A stretch of DNA of 60,387 bases from a virus. Its lineage: Duplodnaviria; Caudoviricetes. Positions 53,525 through 60,387 of the stretch are shown here, piece by piece (the stretch's first letter is position 1; each line of letters opens with the position of its first letter). A program made the translations under genes and the position numbers. The notes beneath the pieces were generated by a model. It did no database searches. It saw nothing but the letters and a program-made list of their open reading frames with translations, and had not been told where the DNA came from. The DNA lies in the IMG/VR virus record IMGVR_UViG_3300036987_000493, positions 1 through 60,387 of that record; one strand, 5' to 3'.

Positions 53525-55666
53525 ATGGACACGATCACTGGCACTTTAGCAGACATCAGATTCTCCAAAAACGGTTTCCTCATCGGGCAGTTGGATTCCG
53601 GGGAAACCGTCAAGGGGAATATGCTCGAACCCATCATAGGGCAGGAATATCGCCTGGCTGGTGATTGGGGCAATGATCCACGGTGGGGACGGCAGTTCAC
53701 TTTCTCCCGGTACGCTACGGAAACTCCACGGGACGCTGAGGGGGTGTACCGTTACCTCGTCCGCGTCGCTAAATGGGTGGGTCCTATCGTCGGGCGCCGC
53801 ATTGTTCAGGCTTTCGGTGATGATGCTCTGACCATCCTCAAACAAGACCCACAACGCGCCGCTAATGACATCAAAGGGCTCACCCTGGACCGGGCCGAAG
53901 AAATCTCTCGCAATTTGCTGGCCAACGAAGACCGGGAATCGGCGGCGGTAGAACTTGAGTCAATGCTTGGGGGGCTTCACCTCCCGAAACATACCATCAC
54001 TACCCTGATAGAGACACATCACAGCGAAGCTCCCGCCCGGGTGCGCCAGACCCCGTACAGCACCTTAATGGATGTCCGGGGCATCGGATTCACCTTGGCC
54101 GACCGGGTGGCCGTTTCGCCTGCCGTCGGGTACGACCGGGACGGCATGGAAAGACGCATGGCCGCTTCTCTTCACGCCCTGCAAGAAGCTGCCGAAGGCG
54201 CGGGCCACACATGGCTTCCGGGTGAGAGATTCGTTAAGGAAGTCCAGGAACTCATTGGGTTTCCCCCTGGTCCAGATGTCCGGGTGAAACTGATTGAGTA
54301 TGAGAAAATCCAGGTACGGAATACTATGGTCGCCCTGGCGAAACTGGCAAATGATGAGCGGGACGTAGCCGGGTTCATTCATCAGATGCTCATCAAGGGC
54401 GAGGACCTGAGTGAATCTATCTCCGTAGACCTCAAGGGGTTGGCGCCGGACCAACAGGAAGCCTTCCGGTTATGCCTGGCCTACCCCGTTTTCATCCTCA
54501 CCGGGGCGCCGGGGACCGGAAAAACCTATACCCTGCGGCGCATCATCGAACAGTTCACCACATGGAACAAGCTCATCGCCCTGGCGGCGCCCACCGGCAA
54601 AGCCGCCAAGCGTATGAGTGAAATGATCGACATGCCAGCTATGACTATTCACCGCCTCTTGGGCCCGGAGCCTCGCATCTTTAAGGGAGAGCTCTACTTC
54701 GGGTTCACTCGGGGCATCGGTTCCCCTATACCTGCCGACCTCTTGGTGGTGGACGAGTTCTCGATGGTGGACATATCCTTAGCCGCCAGCCTGTTTCGGG
54801 CCGTGGCCAGGGGGACCAGGGTGTTGATCGTGGGTGACCATTACCAGTTACCCAGCGTCGGTCCCGGGGCGGTCCTCCGGGATCTCCTGGCGGCCGGCGT
54901 TCCTTCTTATGAATTGACCGAGATCAAGAGGAACACCGGGGACATCGTACAAGCCTGTCATGCTATTAAGGACGGCCGACCGGCGATTCCTTCATCTCAC
55001 CTGGATCTGGAAAGCGGGCTCAATTTTCGTCATATCGAAGTCTCAGACCCTTTTCGGAGCAATGATGATGATCCTCCAGGAGTTCAGGAGATTATCCGGG
55101 ACCTGGTGACTAAGCGACTACCCATGCGCGGTTATGACCCCGTATGGGATGTTCAAGTCCTCTCTCCGACGAATGAACATACTGCTCTTTCCTGCCTGGA
55201 CATAAATGTCTTACTTCAAGGGGCCTTGAACATTCACCCGCCAGTCCCAGGGATTCCTTTTCGGATTGGCGACAAGGTAATTCAGAGGAAGAACGAGGAA
55301 ATCAGCGATGAGTTTGTCGTCAACGGTGACCTGGGCGAAGTGAAGGATATTAATGATGCCGAAATCACGGTGCTTTTCCTTTATCCTGATCGCCTGGTGA
55401 GAATTAAGAGGAAAGCCCACCACCTGCAACTGGCCTACTGTGTGACGATCCACAAAATGCAGGGGTCAGAATCGAAAGTTATCATCCTGCCGGTTCATTC
55501 CTGTTTTGGCAAATTCTTTAACCGGGAGATCGTTTACACCGCCATCAGCCGGGCCCAGGACATTTGTATCACCGTGGGCGAATGGCATGCCCTGGAAGCT
55601 GCGGTCGGACGAGTCGGGAATGTTAGGCGGATTACCCGTCTGACTGAATTAATCAAGGGGGAATAA
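53525..55666 (+). CDS. recD2: RecD2-like SF1B helicase
   Basis: HhH motif GIGFTLAD; GAPGTGKT, APTGKAA, VDEFSM, GDHYQL, TIHKMQGSE, YTAISRA. Confidence 0.88.
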   Translation: MDTITGTLADIRFSKNGFLIGQLDSGETVKGNMLEPIIGQEYRLAGDWGNDPRWGRQFTFSRYATETPRDAEGVYRYLVRVAKWVGPIVGRRIVQAFGDDALTILKQDPQRAANDIKGLTLDRAEEISRNLLANEDRESAAVELESMLGGLHLPKHTITTLIETHHSEAPARVRQTPYSTLMDVRGIGFTLADRVAVSPAVGYDRDGMERRMAASLHALQEAAEGAGHTWLPGERFVKEVQELIGFPPGPDVRVKLIEYEKIQVRNTMVALAKLANDERDVAGFIHQMLIKGEDLSESISVDLKGLAPDQQEAFRLCLAYPVFILTGAPGTGKTYTLRRIIEQFTTWNKLIALAAPTGKAAKRMSEMIDMPAMTIHRLLGPEPRIFKGELYFGFTRGIGSPIPADLLVVDEFSMVDISLAASLFRAVARGTRVLIVGDHYQLPSVGPGAVLRDLLAAGVPSYELTEIKRNTGDIVQACHAIKDGRPAIPSSHLDLESGLNFRHIEVSDPFRSNDDDPPGVQEIIRDLVTKRLPMRGYDPVWDVQVLSPTNEHTALSCLDINVLLQGALNIHPPVPGIPFRIGDKVIQRKNEEISDEFVVNGDLGEVKDINDAEITVLFLYPDRLVRIKRKAHHLQLAYCVTIHKMQGSESKVIILPVHSCFGKFFNREIVYTAISRAQDICITVGEWHALEAAVGRVGNVRRITRLTELIKGE

Positions 55667-57483
55667 TGCTCAAAGGTCTGTCTATCACTGAGTTCATGGC
55701 CATCGCCAAGCTGGAAATAGAATTTACCAAACCTCTCAACTTCATCGCTGGCCAAAATGAGGCCGGTAAGTCCTCCATTCGGGACGCCCTGCTCTGGGGG
55801 TTCACCGGCCAGGCCCGGGGGCTCAAGACTCATGGCGACCAAGCGGCTCTCATCCGGGAAGGCGCTAAGGCGGCGGAGGTTACCCTTGCTTATGAAGTAA
55901 AGCATCAGACCTTCGACCAGGTGGCAGCCTTCACTCGGCGCAAGACGCTGAAAACCGCGGCGGCCGTCATGGGCGCCATTCCCGACATCGGGTTATCTCC
56001 GGCGATCCTGTTTGACCCGTACACCTTTCTGTCATGGCCCGAGGACCAGCGTCGGGAATTGCTGTTCAAGGTGATCCCGGGGCTCCATCCGACGGAGCAG
56101 GGCGTCTTTGATCGCCTCGCCTGTTGGCCGGCCATCACCGCCATTGCCGAGAACACCACGGACGAAACCGCAGATAACCGGGTTGCTCCCATCGTCCGGT
56201 CCACCGCCAAGATGGCCGCCAGCCACGGGTTCCCCGGAGCCGAGAAGGAATGTGTCATCAAACGCCGGGAGGCCAAGCGGGTCCGGGACACCTACAAGGA
56301 CGCCACGGAGCCGGAGAAGATCATCACCATCGACGGCCAGGAGTTCGACATCCCCACCTTGAACCTGTCTGCCATCGAGGCCACCTTAAAGGACCTGCAG
56401 AAGGAAAAGGACGACCTACTGCGGCAGAAGGGGGCAGGAGAAGCCCGGATTAAACGGTTGGCAACCATCCAAAACCAGTTAGAAAAAATTGGTACCCCGG
56501 AAGCCCCGGCCCCCGATGAGATCACCAAGCTGCAGGAAGAGTTGGAGGTGGTGAAAGAGTACATCGAGAGAAATACCGCGCAAATCGAACAGGCCGCGGT
56601 GAAGAACCAAACTTTTCCGGCCACCTGTCCAGCAATCACCCTTGAGCAAATTCCTTGTCCTAAAGCGGGCCAGAAGGTCGGAGCCGAACCGCCAGAGGTC
56701 GGGGTGATCGAAGCCTTGACGGCAAACCAGAAAGGCTACATGCAGAAAAGTGGGGAACTTACCCGTGCTTTGATAGATGCTTCCGGTCGGGCCGAAAGTT
56801 ATCGTGCCGCGGTGGAGAAAAAGAAGAACTTGGAAGAGGAACTGGCTCGCCTCTCAACTGAATCAGAAGCCGTCGGTACCGACTATGACGCCGCGATCCT
56901 CACTCGCCAACGCCGCATTGATCGCGGCCAGGCCTTCCGTATCGCCATCGCCAATTTCAACGTCCTCCAGACGCAGTATCAAGACACCTTGGACAAGCTG
57001 GCGGTAGCCGAGCAGGAAGTCATCATCTACGACGCCCTGCAAAAAGCCCTGGCGCCGGACGGCATCCCCTCCCAGATGATCGCTGAGGCACTGGACGGCA
57101 TCAATGAGCTCCTGGAAGAAGCCGCTACCTACTTCTTTCCGGGTCGCTATCTGCATCTAACAGGGGAATTGGGCATCGTCCTCCAGAACTCACCTTACAT
57201 CACCCTGTCGAAATCGGCCAAGTACCGGGTCGGGATCGCCTTTCAGTATGCCTTGGCCAGGTTGACGGGGGCCCGCATTCTTCTTATCGACGAGGCGGAC
57301 ATCCTGGATGGTATCCACCAGACGGAATTGGTCAATTTCCTCTTATACCACCTGTCCGATTTCGACCAGATCCTGGTATTTGCCACTCAAGATATGGCTG
57401 CGGCCTGGACAGACGACCCCCGGGCGCAGAGTTGGTGGTTGGAGAACGGGGAAATTAAACCGGTTTCCTGGGGGAGCAAATGA
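55666..57483 (+). CDS. Rad50/SbcC-like SMC-type ATPase
   Basis: GQNEAGKS, coiled coil, LSKS signature, IDEAD. Confidence 0.8.
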   Translation: MLKGLSITEFMAIAKLEIEFTKPLNFIAGQNEAGKSSIRDALLWGFTGQARGLKTHGDQAALIREGAKAAEVTLAYEVKHQTFDQVAAFTRRKTLKTAAAVMGAIPDIGLSPAILFDPYTFLSWPEDQRRELLFKVIPGLHPTEQGVFDRLACWPAITAIAENTTDETADNRVAPIVRSTAKMAASHGFPGAEKECVIKRREAKRVRDTYKDATEPEKIITIDGQEFDIPTLNLSAIEATLKDLQKEKDDLLRQKGAGEARIKRLATIQNQLEKIGTPEAPAPDEITKLQEELEVVKEYIERNTAQIEQAAVKNQTFPATCPAITLEQIPCPKAGQKVGAEPPEVGVIEALTANQKGYMQKSGELTRALIDASGRAESYRAAVEKKKNLEEELARLSTESEAVGTDYDAAILTRQRRIDRGQAFRIAIANFNVLQTQYQDTLDKLAVAEQEVIIYDALQKALAPDGIPSQMIAEALDGINELLEEAATYFFPGRYLHLTGELGIVLQNSPYITLSKSAKYRVGIAFQYALARLTGARILLIDEADILDGIHQTELVNFLLYHLSDFDQILVFATQDMAAAWTDDPRAQSWWLENGEIKPVSWGSK

Positions 57484-57680
57484 GAGCCATCGTTTGTAAG
57501 CGTCTTCGGCGCCAGGTCTATGGCAAGGGTACCCACCCGGGCCCCGTGAAAAAATTCGTCGCCAGCCGGAGCCTCTCTACGACCATGCCGAAATGTCTGC
57601 ATAGCTGTTGCGTGGCTGACCAGGCGAGACGGGATTATCAAGTGCTCAAGCGGGCTTACCGCCAGAGGGTGAGGCCATGA
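57480..57680 (+). CDS. Small basic hypothetical protein
   Basis: 66 aa, ATGA-coupled. Confidence 0.55.
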   Translation: MRAIVCKRLRRQVYGKGTHPGPVKKFVASRSLSTTMPKCLHSCCVADQARRDYQVLKRAYRQRVRP

Positions 57681-57868
57681 CCGAAACTGAGTTCGTCCAA
57701 CCGAACGTAACCCAAGAGCGGATTGTCGAGGACATTCACATGGCGGCCATCAACCTCAATACGGCCCTGCACCAGTTCAAGCGCAGCGGCGGCAACCTCA
57801 TTGAGCAGCCGGTATTGATGCGCCTCCTGGCGCAGACTGAGCTATTCCTTAAAGAACAGGGGGCATGA
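57677..57868 (+). CDS. Hypothetical protein
   Basis: 63 aa, ATGA-coupled. Confidence 0.55.
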   Translation: MTETEFVQPNVTQERIVEDIHMAAINLNTALHQFKRSGGNLIEQPVLMRLLAQTELFLKEQGA

Positions 57869-58146
57869 TGAGCAAGAGTAAGACTCTCACTCACCAGGAG
57901 ATCAAGCGACTCATCGCGGATTACATGCAGGCCTACCGGATGGTTTACGGCCCGGTGATGGCCGATAGTCGGGTCCTGATCTACAAGAAATCCTGGTTTG
58001 TCTTCTGCGATAAGGAACTGTACGAGGCCAACCCGAAGAATATCGTCGGGGTCCCATACAGCGCCAAGGAAATTGAGGACATGACCCTCATGTTGGGACG
58101 GAAAATCCCCCAGCGGAACGACTCGGACGATGAAAGTCCAGAATGA
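57865..58146 (+). CDS. Hypothetical protein
   Basis: 93 aa, ATGA-coupled. Confidence 0.55.
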   Translation: MMSKSKTLTHQEIKRLIADYMQAYRMVYGPVMADSRVLIYKKSWFVFCDKELYEANPKNIVGVPYSAKEIEDMTLMLGRKIPQRNDSDDESPE

Positions 58147-58352
58147 TAACCCACCGGCCGGCTCCTATCCTCCGCGGCCTCCTTTGGTCGTCAACCGTTG
58201 ACTGTCTTGCGTCCAGCCGCCCAGCACCGCAAGCGCAAGGTCCAGGGTCCGAGGGAATAACCGGCCTCTCGGCATGACGGGCCCAAGCCAATGACAGGCG
58301 TGAAGCCCCCGGGCGTGACTCGGGGGCATCCCTATCTTAAACGAGGTAGCCA

Positions 58353-58829
58353 ATGGCAAAATTAACCTACAGGGAACTATGCGATGCTGTTGAATTATTA
58401 GCGCAAGATTATCCGGAAGGGGTAACTGCTGCTCAAGTATGGGAAAATTTTTTTAAAGAACAATGCTCCGTAGGCAATGTAAGGGCATCTATGGTTCAAC
58501 TCAGTAGACAGGAATATTTGCTAAGAAATTTGAAAAGGCCGAATGATACTGTCAGAGGTACATTTTTTTATAAACCGGGGAAAAAGTATCAGGGACCAAA
58601 CACCCTGCCCCGGGTTCCCGCTGCATTGCCTGTGGCACCCATACCTCCCCTTAAAAACATGGACCTAAAAGAGTTACGTGGCATCTTGGACAAAACCATT
58701 GATGCTCTGGAAACAATACAGGACCAGGTTCAACCCCTTCTGGCAAAGTTACTCGACCTTGCCCGGGACTGCGACAAACTGGAGCAGGTGAGGGACATTA
58801 TAACCGGCATGAAGGCGCTGGTGGTTTAG
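58353..58829 (+). CDS. Hypothetical protein, possible winged-helix + coiled coil
   Basis: 158 aa, GAGG RBS. Confidence 0.55.
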   Translation: MAKLTYRELCDAVELLAQDYPEGVTAAQVWENFFKEQCSVGNVRASMVQLSRQEYLLRNLKRPNDTVRGTFFYKPGKKYQGPNTLPRVPAALPVAPIPPLKNMDLKELRGILDKTIDALETIQDQVQPLLAKLLDLARDCDKLEQVRDIITGMKALVV

Positions 58830-58890
58830 CCTTGAAACCTACGCCTCTATGCCCGGACACCCTAACCTCTGGCCGGAACCCCAATCGCCC

Positions 58891-58913
58891 CACAGAAGCG
58901 TGTACACGCTTTT
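58891..58913 (-). repeat. 23-bp dispersed palindromic site, copy 3 (inverted)
   Basis: CACAGAAGCGTGTACACGCTTTT is the reverse complement of copies 1 and 2. Confidence 0.9.
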
Positions 58914-58931
58914 CTAAGAGGTATTTAACGG

Positions 58932-59117
58932 GTGACTAAGACGCTAAATCTTCCTGAGAAACCTTGCGACTGCGGGTGCGGTGAAACCTTCACCCCAACG
59001 CGCCGCGGTCAACGGTTCTTCTCCGAGCCCTGTCGGTTCCGATACCATGCCGAGAAGGCGAAAGAGAAAACAGCGGCGAAGCAGAAGGTCTGTCCGCATT
59101 GCGGGGAGGCGACATGA
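58932..59117 (+). CDS. Cys-rich zinc-finger protein, possible recombination directionality factor
   Basis: CDCGCG...FSEPCR...CPHCG; directly upstream of the integrase. Confidence 0.6.
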   Translation: MTKTLNLPEKPCDCGCGETFTPTRRGQRFFSEPCRFRYHAEKAKEKTAAKQKVCPHCGEAT

Positions 59118-59136
59118 AGGAATCCATAAAAGCGTG

Positions 59137-59166
59137 TTGACTAAGCCATACGCTTCTGACTATAAT
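59137..59166 (+). promoter_or_regulatory. Integrase promoter
   Basis: TTGACT-18 nt-TATAAT, ATG 6 nt downstream. Confidence 0.65.
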
Positions 59167-59172
59167 CTTTCC

Positions 59173-60387
59173 ATGGTCGGGAAAATCCGCACCAAGGAGA
59201 AATGCCCCAGTTGCCAAGGGAGGTTCGAAGGGGAACCTCTACGCTGTCCCGTCTGCAAAATTCCGCCCACCCGGTACTATCTTGATCTTTACTGGAAGAG
59301 GCAGCACAAGCTCTATTCGGATCAAGACGGATACCCCCTGGCCTCATGGGAGCAGGCCAGCCGCTTCCTGGCCCACATCCGTTACGAGGTTGACCGGGAA
59401 AGGAAGAGCAAAGGGAAGTTCACCTTTGACCCTCGAAATTATGTTAAGCGGGATCTCAAGGCTTATCAGTTCGAGAACTACATAAAGGCATGGTTTGAGC
59501 GGCGGCAGAAAGAAATCGACCGCGGCCACCTGTCCCGGGGATACCTGCGGTCGGTGAAGTCTTATACCGTGAATCACCTGACCCCCTATTTCGGTACCGT
59601 CAATATCCGGGAAATGAACGAAGGGATGATCGAGGATTTCCGGGACCAGTTGCCGGTTTTCTTGGCAACGAAGACGGTAGCGAACATCCTGGGGTTGCTC
59701 CGGAAGGTGCTACAAGATGCCTATCGGCGCCGGGACATCGAGCGCGTACCTTTCTTCCCCAAGGTGGAGATTGGCGACCCCGATATTCGTTGGCTGGACG
59801 AAGAGGACCAGGTGAAGGTGCTGGAGCACATCGTTGACCCCGTGCGCCGAGCCTTCTTCATCTTTTCCTTCCACCAGGCAACCCGCCCCGGGGAGGCCCG
59901 GGCCCTGAGATGGGAGGACATAGACTTTCGTCGGGACCAAGTTACTATCCGGGCCGCCATGGACGAGGAAGTTTACCGGCCGCACACCAAGGAACGGGAT
60001 TGCCGGAAGCTCCCCCTTCATGTGGAAGTGCGTCAGGCCCTGGAAGCCCTCTCACGGGATATAAACGGTTTCGTCTTTACTTTCCGGGGGAGGCCCTTGA
60101 ACCACAAGCTGATTTACAAAACATGGTGCCGGGCGACCCTGGCGGCCGGCATCGACGTAACCTGCTACCAGGGGACTCGGCACTCGGGAGCGTCCCAGGC
60201 CATCAACGCCGGAGTCCACCCCAAGGTAATCCAGGCGTTTCTGGGTCATAAGGACGCACGATCTACGGCCCGGTATGCCCACCTTCGGACGGACACCTTG
60301 AAGGAATTTTGGGACAAGCCCCAGAGTAGCCCCGACACCTTCGGGGCTAATGGTAAGGTCGTGAAATTTAAGGGCAAAAAAGGTTAA
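59173..60387 (+). CDS. int: Tyrosine integrase with N-terminal zinc ribbon
   Basis: CPSC/CPVC N-terminus; RPGEARAL, YQGTRH, LGH and TARY; probable start ATG at 59173. Confidence 0.88.
   Translation: MVGKIRTKEKCPSCQGRFEGEPLRCPVCKIPPTRYYLDLYWKRQHKLYSDQDGYPLASWEQASRFLAHIRYEVDRERKSKGKFTFDPRNYVKRDLKAYQFENYIKAWFERRQKEIDRGHLSRGYLRSVKSYTVNHLTPYFGTVNIREMNEGMIEDFRDQLPVFLATKTVANILGLLRKVLQDAYRRRDIERVPFFPKVEIGDPDIRWLDEEDQVKVLEHIVDPVRRAFFIFSFHQATRPGEARALRWEDIDFRRDQVTIRAAMDEEVYRPHTKERDCRKLPLHVEVRQALEALSRDINGFVFTFRGRPLNHKLIYKTWCRATLAAGIDVTCYQGTRHSGASQAINAGVHPKVIQAFLGHKDARSTARYAHLRTDTLKEFWDKPQSSPDTFGANGKVVKFKGKKG

Larger units (their letters stand above)
1..60387. mobile_element. Temperate tailed phage genome / prophage (podovirus-like), ends not visible
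   Basis: Ordered terminase-portal-scaffold-capsid-tail module, cI/cro switch, primase-helicase and integrase; no host housekeeping genes. Confidence 0.93.

Noticed and set aside
58981-59172. 64-aa N-terminal extension of the integrase in the ORF track
   Set aside because: Overlaps the Zn-finger gene and the int promoter; ATG 59173 fits better
60300-60387. attP/attR and terminal repeats; also endolysin and tRNA genes anywhere in the window
   Set aside because: The window ends at the int stop codon, no att core or end repeat is visible, and no endolysin or tRNA was recognised

Overview
This window looks like a nearly complete temperate dsDNA phage genome or prophage of about 60 kb (podovirus-like; host not identifiable from the sequence). 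The left two-thirds (minus strand) is the virion module: terS, terL, portal, scaffold, N4-gp56-like major capsid, adaptor and nozzle, repeat-rich tail proteins, Ala-rich coiled-coil proteins and a 3828-aa polyvalent protein (MTase + strawberry-notch helicase + HExxH + LPD38-like). A plus-strand cassette at 37.8-44.2 kb runs from a consensus sigma70 promoter through a MoxR AAA / DUF3150-like / vWA triad, small acidic ORFs, a small tyrosine recombinase and a terminal HTH. To the right are HU, an iteron/DnaA-box origin candidate, a TOPRIM-MCM primase-helicase, an ERCC4 nuclease, a cro/cI switch, a recombination operon (Sak4-like, SSB-like, RecD2, Rad50-like) and an integrase. The most unusual signals are non-coding: (i) an identical 23-bp palindromic site in three distant places (10418, 44262, 58891), one inside the giant gene, plus a split version around the integrase -35; (ii) an acr-aca-like anti-defence cassette next to a probable packaging end with a G-quadruplex tract; (iii) a distal repressor operator between terS and terL; (iv) apparently leaderless cro and int transcripts. 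No tRNA, rRNA, CRISPR array, reverse transcriptase or endolysin was recognised. All family assignments come from motif recognition, not database searches.
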